Shown here piece after piece: positions 37,901-48,186 of a DNA stretch of 64,000 nt. The notes beneath the pieces are model-generated. The model was not told the origin of the DNA, did no database searches, and saw nothing but the letters and a program-made list of their open reading frames with translations. The position numbers were made by a program, and so were the translations under genes. Source of the DNA: Candidatus Latescibacterota bacterium (lineage in GTDB: Bacteria > Latescibacterota > UBA2968 > UBA8231); the NCBI GenBank assembly GCA_965197905.1, contig CBDAOB010000004.1:224001-288000 (forward strand), read 5' to 3'. The stretch's first letter is position 1, and each line of letters starts with the position of its first letter.

Positions 37901-40900
37901 CGATTGGCAGGTGGATCGGCAGTTCGACGACGCAACCGCTGAGCCAGGCGTCGACTATTACTACTGGATTCGTTCGGCCATCGACGATGCCGGGGCTAAC
38001 CGCAGCAGCCTCGGTCCGGCCTACGGCGGATTCCGTGGACTGGATCGGGCCGGAGTGGTGCAGGCCAGTGCGGGTGAATTGGTGCATGTCCAACTGAGCT
38101 GGGAGACGGTTCCGGGTGCTGACAGATACAAGGTGTATCGGAGCGCGATCAACGATTCGACCAGCGCCGACGAACTGACTTCGTGGCAATCCAGCACGAG
38201 CTTCGTCGACAACTCCGCCACTCCGGGACTCACCTACTACTATTGGGTGCGCGCTGCGACGGACCACACCGGTGAACGAATCGGCTCTCTTAGTACTGCC
38301 GAGGTGGGACACCGCGGTGTGTCGCAACCCACGGGGATCCTCGCTTCCACCGGCAACGCCGACAATATCACCATCGCCTGGGATCCGGTGGAGGGGGGTA
38401 GCTTTTACCGCGTCTACAGGAATCATACCGAGGATGCCAACACCGCTGTTGCCATCAGCTCCTGGCAGTCTTCGACTATTTTCGTCGACCTGATGGCCGA
38501 TCCCGGACAATCTCTGTTTTATTGGGTGCGGGCGGCAGGAAACCAGGTGGGGGAACATGCCAGCGACGTGAGTCCGGTAACGAAGGGGCACCAGGGATTG
38601 TCGTCCCCGGCAAACGTGGTCGCCAGCGGCGGAGATCTTGAGCAGATCGAATTGAGCTGGGATGCCGTCGACGGAGCGACCAGATATTTGATCGTTCGCG
38701 GCACGAACCTCGATCCGACCCTCGCGGTGGAACTGGGTACATGGCAGGCTGAAACGAATCTCGTCGATACCTCAGCGCTGCCAGGCATATCATATCATTA
38801 CTGGATTCGAGCCGGCGTCGAAGGTTCGACCGCAAATACGAGCAGCCTGAGCGAATTCGCCAGCGGCCATCGCGGGCTGCAGGCGCCTCCCACCCTCTTG
38901 GCAACGACCGGAGAGCCGGACAGCGTCGCCTTGAGCTGGCCGACCGTACCGGGAGCGAGCTTCTACCGCGTTCTGCGCAGCACGGCGGACGATACTTCCA
39001 GTGCTCAGGTGCTGGACGCAGGTTGGCACCCCAACGCATTCGCATCTGATCTCACGGCTCTACCCGGACTTAACTACTACTACTGGGCGCAGGCTGCCGT
39101 GGACAGTGCAGGCACCTTTACCAGCATGTTGAGCACCGTTGCGCGGGGGTACGGTTCGATGCTGGCCCCTGCGGATCTGCGCATCGTTTCGGGCCAGGGG
39201 GATATCGGCCTCGAATGGGAGGCGAATGCCGAATTGACATCGTGCGCTACCGCATCTATGCCGGCACTTCGCCCGATTCCACGGCGCTCATTGACTCTGT
39301 GGACGCGGTGCTCAATCCGACTGCCCTGATACCCAGCACCCTGCCGGTGCCGGCCGAGTTCAATCTCGTGGATATGGGACTGACGATCTTCGACACAAAA
39401 CCGCAGATCTCGGCGGCTTTCGCAGCCCTCATCGGTCGCGATGCCACCGACGCTGAAGTCGACAAGCTGTTCGGCGGTCAACGGTTGGCGCGTGCCGACG
39501 TGGCGCCGCTCAACGACGATCTGACGTATTACTTCCGCATTTCGGCGGTGAACGCGGCCTTCAAGGAGAGCCCTTACCAGGCCGGCAACGTGGTTTCCAT
39601 CAACGGTGCTGAAATCATCGCCCGGAGCGGATCTCAAAGCGAAGTGGTTGTCGACTGGGAGCCCGTTTGGGGGGCGACGTATTACCGCGTCTGGCGCCAC
39701 ACCTCCGACAGCTCATCCGAGGCGACCACGCTGGCTGACTGGCAGGCCGAAACCAGCTTCTCCGATTCGAGCGGTGTTCCCGGAGTCGAATACTTCTATT
39801 GGGTTCAATCGGCGCGGGGAGATCTGGGCGAAAACGCCAGCGATCTGAGTCCCACCACGACGGGGTACAAGGGATTGGCGCCACCGGCCGTCGTCGCCGC
39901 TTCAAGCGATTTGCCGGATCGGGTGACGTTGAACTGGCATTTACCTCTGGGCGCCTCTCATTTTCGCGTCTACCACAACACCAAGAACGACACCGCGGGG
40001 GCTTCACCGGTCACTGGCTGGTTGAACTCCACTACCCATCAACACGCAGGGGCAGTTCCGGGTCTCAATTACTACTGGGTGCGGTCGGCTGCGGAGGTCG
40101 ACGGTGGGCGGCCGAGCTCCCTCAGCGCCTCCAGCATGGGGGAGCGCAGCGCGCCGTTGCGGGTGGCCGAGAATCTCTCAGCCACGTGGGGTGCGTCCCG
40201 CGACATGATTCTGGTGACCTGGGAGGCCGAACCGGCGGCAACTTACAATAGACTCTACCGGCATTCCAGCGCGGATTCAGCGCTGGCCGTTCCGGTGTCA
40301 GATTGGATCGTCGGTGTCGGCTTCGAGGACAAAACGGCAACCCCTGGCACGGAGTACCACTACTGGGTGCGCTCGGCTACGGGCGAAACCGGAGCTCATG
40401 CCAGCAGTCTGAGCACCGTCGTTGGCGGTTTGCGCAGCGGCGACGTCCTCACACCGGCAAATCTGCAAGCAGTTCCGGGGCAAGGGGAAGTGATATTGAG
40501 CTGGAACGCGACGCCTGACACCGATCTGCTTCGATACCGCATATTCGGTGGGCTAGAACCCGCGTCTTTGACCCTGCTGGATTCGGTCGATGCTTCGACG
40601 GACCCGGCGGTCACGGTGCACAACCTGTTGGCCTTGCCGGAGGAGTTCAATATCGTCGACATGGGCTTGTCAATCTTCGATTCGAAGGATGCCTTGGCAA
40701 CGCGATTCGTGGAGTTGGTGGGTCGAGATCCGACACAAAACGAACTGGACGAGCTATTCGGTGGTTCCAAGCTCCGCAAGTCGGACCTCGGGTCGTTGGA
40801 AACGGGAAAGACCTACTATTTCAAGGTGGCCGCCGTAAACGGGTCGCTGCAGGAGAGTGTCTATACCCTGGCCGTGGCGGCGACGGTGACGGATGCTGCC

Positions 40901-41206
40901 GGCAAGAGGTTAGCCGAACACCAAACCTTTGAAACTCGGCTGAGGGCGAATTCTCCAAACCCGTTCAACGCCTCAACACTCATCCACTTCGATTTAGGTG
41001 AAGCGAGCCAGGTGAGGCTGGAGATCCACAACATCCTGGGCCAGCGAGTTCGCACGATCCAGGCCGGCAGGCTGAGCTCCGGACGACATCAGATCCAATG
41101 GGACAGTCGCGATGACGCAGGGCGCCAGCTGGGAACCGGGTTGTATCTCTACAGGCTGCTCGTTGAACAAAGAAGCTTCAGGAGTAGAATGATGCTCGTC
41201 AGGTGA
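34902..41206 (+). CDS. Giant FN3-repeat surface protein (~2100 aa, 20 modules) with FlgD/T9SS-like C-terminal domain; one frameshift near 39233
   Basis: Signal peptide; repeated W...YRVYRS...DWQ...F.D...PG..YYYWV modules across ORFs 34902-39329 and 39215-41206. Module 16 is split between frames (WEANAE / DIVRYRIY). C-terminal NSPNPFN...GLYLYRL...MMLVR. Confidence 0.85.
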
Positions 41207-41227
41207 GAGCGCGAGCAGAACCGGAAT

Positions 41228-41272
41228 GACAAAGGCAGGGAGCGTGGAAACGCTTCCTGCCTCTTTTTTGTC
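41228..41272 (+). terminator. Intrinsic terminator, likely bidirectional
   Basis: AGGCAGGGAGCGT-GGAA-ACGCTTCCTGCCT stem followed by CTTTTTT, between convergent genes. Confidence 0.8.
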
Positions 41273-41315
41273 GTGCCGAAGAGACCGCTGGCTCAACGGG
41301 CTTAGCTACTCATAG

Positions 41316-41660
41316 CTAGTGTTTGTGTTCCTTGATCGCCTTCTTCTCTTCTTCAGCAGCCTCTTCATCGAGCTTGTCTTGTAGCATCGCTCTGACCTCA
41401 TCCGAATACTCCATCATTTTCGGCTCCAGCTGCTTGAGCGGCTTCACTTCCTGCTGCAGCGTAGCCACATTCTTTTTTATTTCCCCCACGCGTTCTCGAA
41501 GCTTGTCCAGGGTGTTCTGGGTCCTATTCAGCTTGAGGTTCAGGGCCGGCGCTTCCTTGCTGTATCTTGCGTATACCGTAAAGATGATAACCACGGATAC
41601 GACGATCAGCAGTACCGCCAGTGCCTCTGGCTGGAACACCAGCTTTGTTAGCGCCTCCAA
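41316..41660 (-). CDS. Small membrane-anchored coiled-coil protein
   Basis: N-terminal TM helix then a K/E-rich heptad pattern; TTG start. Confidence 0.65.
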   Translation of the reverse strand: MEALTKLVFQPEALAVLLIVVSVVIIFTVYARYSKEAPALNLKLNRTQNTLDKLRERVGEIKKNVATLQQEVKPLKQLEPKMMEYSDEVRAMLQDKLDEEAAEEEKKAIKEHKH

Positions 41661-41856
41661 TGCGAGCGCCTTTCGATCGAGTGCTGCCTCTAGAATACCG
41701 ATTCAGGCGGCCTCGAGCAACCATATCAGGAGCCCGCGGTTGCCTGGCCTTTTCCATCTGTGCACATTTCCCGTCTGTCATTGTTGGATCGTCAACGGCA
41801 ATCCGCTTCTTCAAACAGAAATCGACAGATAACGCATCACCCCGTTGCGAGGAGAT

Positions 41857-42738
41857 ATGCCGGAAGGATTCTTGGATGTAGCCCTCATCGCCATGTACGG
41901 CAAAACCTGGGCGCTTGAAGAAAACTATCAACGCCTGGAGCGCTATGTTCGCCAGGCTGCCACCAACGGAGCGCAACTGGTGATCGCGCCGGAAACCGTG
42001 CTGGACGGTTATATCTGCGGCAAGTGCGAGAAGGATCCCAATGTCACCAAGGAGGATATGCTCGCAGTCGCGCAGTCGATCCCGGATGGACCGTATCTGG
42101 AGCGAGCCGCGAAGCTTTGTCGGGAGCTGGGCATCTATCTGGTGTTCGGCTTTCTCCACAAAGAGGGCACCGATCTGTTCAATACCGTCGCACTGTTCGA
42201 TCCTGAGGGTGTCATCATCGCCACCCACAGCAAGGTGAATTCCGATTCGGAGCTGTTCATCGTGCCCGGCAGGGAGCTGAAGCCGGTGGATACGCCTCTG
42301 GGCCGGATCGGCTTTCTGATCTGCATGGATCGAACCGTGCCGGACAACTTCCTGGCCCTGGGGGCGCAGGAGGTGGAGTTGATCATCATACCCATGGACG
42401 GATCAGGCGGTCCCGAGAATACCAAAACCATGTCGCAGCGGGCGCGCGACTGCTTCTCCTACGTGCTGGTGGCGAACACCTGGAGCTCGGTCATGGTCGA
42501 ACCGGACGGTTCCATCGGAATTGAACGGTACGAGACCGGATGCGTCAGCATGCAACGCCTTCATTACAGCCGTATTCCCAAGGGCAACGACCGCTGGCAT
42601 TACGTGCGCCGGCGGCCCGATCTCTACGGTCCGCTCGTGGGTCCCGCCGACAAGCTCAACCATTATGACCAGAACGGTTACCCGAGCGCCGAGCTCGAAT
42701 CGATCCGCACCCGCGCCCGCCAGGGCGAGTCTGAGTAG
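41857..42738 (+). CDS. Carbon-nitrogen hydrolase family protein
   Basis: APETVLDGY, HSKV, GFLICMDR triad; GAGGAG RBS. Confidence 0.88.
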   Translation: MPEGFLDVALIAMYGKTWALEENYQRLERYVRQAATNGAQLVIAPETVLDGYICGKCEKDPNVTKEDMLAVAQSIPDGPYLERAAKLCRELGIYLVFGFLHKEGTDLFNTVALFDPEGVIIATHSKVNSDSELFIVPGRELKPVDTPLGRIGFLICMDRTVPDNFLALGAQEVELIIIPMDGSGGPENTKTMSQRARDCFSYVLVANTWSSVMVEPDGSIGIERYETGCVSMQRLHYSRIPKGNDRWHYVRRRPDLYGPLVGPADKLNHYDQNGYPSAELESIRTRARQGESE

Positions 42739-42762
42739 ACCTAACTAATTGAGGGAGGAACC

Positions 42763-44970
42763 ATGGCACCGTCGCGATACACCGCTCAACTCTTGCAGGA
42801 GATTCCCTACGAAGACCGGGTTGGCCGCATCGAGCACTACCCAGGGTGTTTGAGTCCAGACATGCGTGACGAGCCGCACGCCACGATTCAACAGGCCGTG
42901 GACGCGATTGCCGATGCCGGTACCCAAGTGTGGAGCATTGCGACGATGCGCCACAACCCCGAAGGCCACTTGAAAGGCCGTGGGTGGCCCTTGTGGGATT
43001 CGAAGATGATCCCGCGTCCCGCGGAGTGGGCGGCGGACGCCGAGAGCATGAAAGAGTTTGTCGAAGTCGCGCACAAGCGGGGAATACTCATGCTGAGCTA
43101 CTACCCGTTCATCTTCACGACGCCAATCTACCGCGAGCATCCGGAGTGGGGTATTCAGATGCTCGACGACGGCGGTGAGGAGGTGTGGAACGAGGGCTGG
43201 TTGTGCTGGAACTCGCCGTATCGCGACTGGCTGCCACAGTATCTCAACGAGACGATCGAATACTTCGATCTCGACGGGATCTATTTCGACGACATGAACT
43301 GGGGGTCTCACTCCGACGCCGGCCAGCGTCGAACGGGCGGTTGTGTCTGCCAGTTCTGCAAGGAGCAGTACCTGGCCGAAACCGGTCGCGAGCTGCCAAC
43401 CAAAGTAGACATGGACGACGTCGATTTTCGGCGGTATATCGCCTGGCGCTACGGGAAATTCACTGACGGCGTGGAGCATGTCGCCAAAGGGGTCTACGCT
43501 GAACACCCTGATGCCGTCTTGGATTGGAACTACTACGGCCGGCCGTACGGCAGCCCGGATATCGGATGGATGTCGTGCCACCCTCTCAATCCTTTGCCGA
43601 CCACTACCCACTTCTTCATGGAGGCCGGGTTAGACAATCTCGGCGTTGGTTTTCCGGCCAAGCTGCTGCGGGCGGCGGGACCGACGTTCGGATTCTTCTT
43701 CCACGCAGCCCGCGGTGCCGGATGCGCCGGTTCGTCCCCCAATCCGGAGCCGTACACCGGGTCGGTCGCAGCGCTGGCCGCGGTGGCCCGTGGCGGCGCA
43801 TCGGTAACCGTCAGTGTCCATGCCGGTTCGTTTACCCACTGGGGTGATGCGCTGCAATCGATCTTCACCGAGGCCCGCACGTTGCGCAAGTACGTGGGTG
43901 GCGAGTCGGTCAAACATGTCGCTCTGCACGTCTCGCAAAACAGCAGGGATTTCCGTTACCATGAGGACATCGACGAGTTCTGGAGGTTGTGCCGCGGCAG
44001 TGACGAGATGCTCAAGCGGGCGCAGCTGATAACGGAGGTGGTTTTCGACGACCAACTCACCATAGACACGCTCGCCGCGTACAAGGTCCTGATGCTTACC
44101 AACAGCGGTTGCCTGGCGGACAGTCACGTGGATGCGATACGAGAGTTCGTAGCTGGTGGTGGTTGTCTGATCGCCACCCATCAAAGCTCCCTGTTCGACG
44201 AGCTGGGACAGGAGCGCGGCAATCTTGGCCTCGCCGACGTGTTGGGCGTCGACCACGTCGTCGGCGACGTACGAGAGCGCATCGATGCGGAAGACGGGGC
44301 CTTCGACCCCGGAGAAGCCAACATCATCGTGCCGCAAACCGACGAACTGAAAGGCATGTTCGATCCCTTCATCGCCTTCGAAGCCGGCCAGTCGGAGATC
44401 GAGATCCGTTCCGATTCAGAGCTCGAGGTGCTTTTCACCAAGAGCGGACTGCAGTGGAAGGGTACCAGGGGACCCTTGTCCAGCGAGTTCTTCGACCGAC
44501 CCGATCTGGATTCCGGCCGCCCGGCTGTTACGCGAAACCGTTACGGCGAAGGGACCGCGATCTACGTCTGCGGGGATCTGGGCCAGGGTTTCTACCGCAA
44601 TCCGCTACCCCAGCTGAAGCAGCTGCTGGCTTACCTGGCGCGGTCGGCGCAGCCAGCCATCGAAGTGCAGGCGCCGCAGGTGATCGATGTGACTGCGTAC
44701 CTACGCAAGAAGGACCAGCTGATGGTGCATCTGCTGAACAATCCGATCCCATTGGTGCCGTGGAACACCTCCCGTGCCGACCGGCCGTCCTATTTCAGCA
44801 TCGACGAGATCTTGCCGGTGCACGACGTGGTCATCCGGCTGAACGACTTCAAAGCTGGTTCGGTCCGTCTGCCAGAGCGCGACCAATCGCTCGCGCCTGA
44901 TTCCGATGGCCAGCGAATCGTCGTGCCGGAGGTCGGCTTGCACGAGATCGTGTTGATCGATCTGGCGTGA
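42763..44970 (+). CDS. GHL6-like TIM-barrel hydrolase with beta-galactosidase trimerisation-like domain
   Basis: EHPEW, CWNSPYRD, DGIYFD, CVCQFC, FVAGGGCLIAT, LADVLGV, YGEGTAIY. Confidence 0.75.
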   Translation: MAPSRYTAQLLQEIPYEDRVGRIEHYPGCLSPDMRDEPHATIQQAVDAIADAGTQVWSIATMRHNPEGHLKGRGWPLWDSKMIPRPAEWAADAESMKEFVEVAHKRGILMLSYYPFIFTTPIYREHPEWGIQMLDDGGEEVWNEGWLCWNSPYRDWLPQYLNETIEYFDLDGIYFDDMNWGSHSDAGQRRTGGCVCQFCKEQYLAETGRELPTKVDMDDVDFRRYIAWRYGKFTDGVEHVAKGVYAEHPDAVLDWNYYGRPYGSPDIGWMSCHPLNPLPTTTHFFMEAGLDNLGVGFPAKLLRAAGPTFGFFFHAARGAGCAGSSPNPEPYTGSVAALAAVARGGASVTVSVHAGSFTHWGDALQSIFTEARTLRKYVGGESVKHVALHVSQNSRDFRYHEDIDEFWRLCRGSDEMLKRAQLITEVVFDDQLTIDTLAAYKVLMLTNSGCLADSHVDAIREFVAGGGCLIATHQSSLFDELGQERGNLGLADVLGVDHVVGDVRERIDAEDGAFDPGEANIIVPQTDELKGMFDPFIAFEAGQSEIEIRSDSELEVLFTKSGLQWKGTRGPLSSEFFDRPDLDSGRPAVTRNRYGEGTAIYVCGDLGQGFYRNPLPQLKQLLAYLARSAQPAIEVQAPQVIDVTAYLRKKDQLMVHLLNNPIPLVPWNTSRADRPSYFSIDEILPVHDVVIRLNDFKAGSVRLPERDQSLAPDSDGQRIVVPEVGLHEIVLIDLA

Positions 44971-45040
44971 TCCCGCTTTTCAGGAGTCAGCGCTTTTGAT
45001 TGATCCCAGGGATAACCGCACCGCATCGAGACAGGGCATC

Positions 45041-46228
45041 ATGCAGCTGTCGGTTGGCATTGACGACGGCGATCTTCGCGGCGCAGACGACAAGGTGCTG
45101 CAGGCAGGCATCGAATATCTCGCCAGATTCGGCGGGGGAGTGCTCAAGCTGCTCCCGGGCGAGTTCGTCCTGCGCAACTCGGTCTATCTGCGGTCGCGCG
45201 TGACGCTGGAGGGTTCGGGAGAAGCCACCGTGCTCAGGAAAGGGGACGGTGCCATTAGTCCCTTTGTCCGCCTGTCTGAATGGTTCGAGACCGAGGTGGA
45301 GGTTGAAGACGGGTCCCGATTCCGTGTGGGCGACGGCGTGATGCTGCAATGGGGGGAGCAGCGATACCCCAGCCGCGACAATCGCCAGCACACAATCGTG
45401 GAGAGAGAGGGCAACCGACTCACCCTCGATCGCCGCTTGGGTTCGGGCATCGGGCCGGAGAACGACGCCGTCGTCTCCACGACCTTTCCCCTCTTGACCG
45501 CCAGTGATGTGCATAACGTCAGGGTGGCTAACCTGGTTGTCGATGGTAGCAGAGAGACCAACGAATACATCGACGGCAACTTCTCCGCCGGCATCTTCAC
45601 GAACTACTGCGGCGACTTCAGGTTCGAAGATGTCACTGCGCGCAACTACAACGGCGACGGGTTCAGCTTCCAGGTCTGCCACGACTTTCGCTTCGAGAAC
45701 TGTCGGTCGGAAGATAACGCGAATTTCGGGTACCACCCCGGCAGTGGCGCTCAGCGGCCGGTTTTTATCAGCTGCGCAGCACGGGGAAACAGACGCGGAA
45801 TCTTCTTCTGCCGGGGCGTGCACTTCGGTTTAGTGGACGGATGCGATTGTTCGTCCAATAGGGACGTCGGCATCTATATCGGTGACCGCGACACCGACAA
45901 CCGGGTCGTCGATTGCACGATCGAAAGCAACTTACAGGCCGGCATCGTCTGCACTGATCGTGAGGAATCGTTTCGCGGCGCCCACCGCTGCGTACTTGAA
46001 CGGAATCTGGTGCGCGACAACGGCGCCGGCGGCGAAGGAGTTGGCATCGACGTCCGCGGCGGTACCCATGATCTAGAGATTCACGAAAACCGCCTCATCG
46101 ACTCAGGGGCTGGCAAACAACGCATCGGCATACGCGTCAGCGCCGAGGCGGAGAACACACAAATCGAGCGGAATCAGTTCGAAGGCATGGAGACGGACTG
46201 CCTATTGCTCCCTTGCGCCAGCGAGTAA
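45041..46228 (+). CDS. Right-handed parallel beta-helix repeat protein
   Basis: LQAGIEYLARFGGGVLKLLPGEF N-cap followed by N..GI repeats; no signal peptide. Confidence 0.8.
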   Translation: MQLSVGIDDGDLRGADDKVLQAGIEYLARFGGGVLKLLPGEFVLRNSVYLRSRVTLEGSGEATVLRKGDGAISPFVRLSEWFETEVEVEDGSRFRVGDGVMLQWGEQRYPSRDNRQHTIVEREGNRLTLDRRLGSGIGPENDAVVSTTFPLLTASDVHNVRVANLVVDGSRETNEYIDGNFSAGIFTNYCGDFRFEDVTARNYNGDGFSFQVCHDFRFENCRSEDNANFGYHPGSGAQRPVFISCAARGNRRGIFFCRGVHFGLVDGCDCSSNRDVGIYIGDRDTDNRVVDCTIESNLQAGIVCTDREESFRGAHRCVLERNLVRDNGAGGEGVGIDVRGGTHDLEIHENRLIDSGAGKQRIGIRVSAEAENTQIERNQFEGMETDCLLLPCASE

Positions 46229-46318
46229 TTTCCGTATACCATGTTCATTCAACGAGGTCGCTGACAGCGACGCTGTAATGATCAAGCAAGATTCAAACAT
46301 TTCTAGAGGAGACCAACC

Positions 46319-46945
46319 GTGAGCGTTGAAAAACCCACCATCGATGTGCCCGAAAGTGGTCCGTTTCTGGTCAAGAATCTCAAGAAGCTAACAGATTCGC
46401 AGGATCAACCGATCGAAATGGCCAAGGACGTGATCGCGTTGTGTCGCTGTGGCGCTTCCAAGAACAAACCTTTCTGCGATGGCACCCATTCCGACATTGG
46501 CTTCACCGGAGCCAAAGAACGCACCGAGACCTACGGAACGAAAACCTTCGAAGGCAAGGAACTCACGGTGATCGATAATCGCGACGTCTGTTGTGGCGCC
46601 GGCGAATGCTCGCGCGGCGCTCCCGGTGCCTTTTTCAGAAGGGAAGCGGGTGAGCGCATCTCCGAGCCGGACAACCAGGAGAAGCAAAAGATCATAGACA
46701 CCATTCGCCAATGCCCATCCGGGTCGCTGGCATTCATGATCGAAGGCGAGCTGCAAGACGAGTTTTTCTCTGAACCCGAGATCTTCGTTTCGAAAGACGG
46801 ACCGCTGCATGTCCGCGGGGGCATCGAGCTCACCGATGACGACAAGCCGGTATCGAGAAACCATTATACCCTGTGTCGCTGTGGCGCTTCCAAAAACAAG
46901 CCGTTCTGTGACGGCGAACACGAAGACATTGAGTTTAGGGGGTAG
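46319..46945 (+). CDS. CDGSH iron-sulfur domain protein (two CDGSH motifs around a divergent ferredoxin-like domain)
   Basis: LCRCGASKNKPFCDGxH twice; central CCGAGEC...CPSGSL. Confidence 0.92.
   Translation: MSVEKPTIDVPESGPFLVKNLKKLTDSQDQPIEMAKDVIALCRCGASKNKPFCDGTHSDIGFTGAKERTETYGTKTFEGKELTVIDNRDVCCGAGECSRGAPGAFFRREAGERISEPDNQEKQKIIDTIRQCPSGSLAFMIEGELQDEFFSEPEIFVSKDGPLHVRGGIELTDDDKPVSRNHYTLCRCGASKNKPFCDGEHEDIEFRG
46440..46893 (+). repeat. 22-bp exact intragenic direct repeat
   Basis: TGTGTCGCTGTGGCGCTTCCAA at 46440-46461 and 46872-46893, encoding the two CDGSH motifs. Confidence 0.8.
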
Positions 46946-47204
46946 CTGCGACCGAACGGATCGTCGATGATCACACTACGCGGCAAGTTCCTATCGCTTT
47001 GACACTTTTGCTCGGTCTATCTCCGACCCGACGGCTCAAAAGACGTGTCAGAATCGAGAGGACGGCGGAAATCTCGGACAAGATCCGCTTCATGAATGGC
47101 TTTTCCAGGGACCAGTTCGAGCGTCCGCCTCAATAGGCTTTCCCTGCACGGTTCGCTTCCTTCCATCGGTGTCCCGCCCCTCGACTAGACAAAAGGAAAT
47201 CCCC

Positions 47205-48140
47205 ATGTCTCATCACCAATTCGCACCCGATCACTACCACACCACGATTGGTCCGCACGAACCCGTGCTGACCATCTCCGACGGGGACACCGTCGCGACC
47301 ACGACCGTGGATGCGGCAGGCCGAGACGCTAACGGCGAGCAGGTAACCCGGGGCGGAAACCCGCAAACCGGACCTTTTTACATAAACGACGCCAGGCCAG
47401 GTGACACCCTCGCTATCACCTTTGACTACCTAATGCCGAACCGGGATTGGGGCCACACGGCCGGCCGCATCGCCCCGAACGTGCTCGAACCTGGATACGT
47501 TCCGGAGTTTGAAGACGACCTGCAAACTCTGATCTGGCAGATCGATTTCGACAGCCAAATAGCGAGGCCGAAAGATGCTGGGGGCTTATTGGCCAGCTTG
47601 AAACTGCCTCTGAATCCACACTCGGGTTGTTTTGGTGTCGCTCCTCCCGGCGGACAGGCGATCAGTACCGCCACCTCTTCGACCCATGGCGGCAATATGG
47701 ATTTCAACGGATTCACAAAAGGGGTAACGGTGTATTTCCCCGTGGCGGTGGAGGGAGCGCTCTTTCACGTCGGCGACGGTCATGCCTTGCAAGGGGATGG
47801 CGAAATCGTGGGTACTGGCATCGAAATCTCGTTCGACGTCACCTTCACGGTCCGGCTGCTCAAGGGCAAACAGATCCAATGGCCGCGGGCGGAAAGCGAC
47901 ACGCATATCATGAGCGTGGGCAACGCGCGGCCTTTGGATCAGTGCGTTGAACATGCCTCCACCGAGATGATCCGTTTTCTGGAAGAAGATTATGGTCTGA
48001 CAACGCGGGAGGCCCACGTGCTCATGGGCGAGGCGGTGGAGTACGCCATGGGCAATATGTTCGACCCCGCCTATACCATGGTGTGCAAGATGTCGAAGCA
48101 GGTGCTGAACGGCATGGGAGCCGTCAGGAAAGAGACCTGA
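47205..48140 (+). CDS. Acetamidase/formamidase family protein
   Basis: NPQTGPFYI..ARPGDTL, HGGNMD, GDGHALQGDGEIVGTGIE. Confidence 0.92.
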   Translation: MSHHQFAPDHYHTTIGPHEPVLTISDGDTVATTTVDAAGRDANGEQVTRGGNPQTGPFYINDARPGDTLAITFDYLMPNRDWGHTAGRIAPNVLEPGYVPEFEDDLQTLIWQIDFDSQIARPKDAGGLLASLKLPLNPHSGCFGVAPPGGQAISTATSSTHGGNMDFNGFTKGVTVYFPVAVEGALFHVGDGHALQGDGEIVGTGIEISFDVTFTVRLLKGKQIQWPRAESDTHIMSVGNARPLDQCVEHASTEMIRFLEEDYGLTTREAHVLMGEAVEYAMGNMFDPAYTMVCKMSKQVLNGMGAVRKET

Positions 48141-48186
48141 CCGCAGGGAGCCGCACGAGGACTGAATTCACAAAGGAGATCCGAAA

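Noticed and set aside
34902..41206. Repeats as a CRISPR array or DGR target
   Set aside because: Periodicity is about 300 nt at protein level with diverged DNA; no identical short repeats, cas genes or reverse transcriptase.
42745..44900. Overlapping ORFs 42745-43611 (-), 43630-44337 (-) and 44109-44900 (+)
   Set aside because: Alternative-frame shadows of the 735-aa hydrolase.
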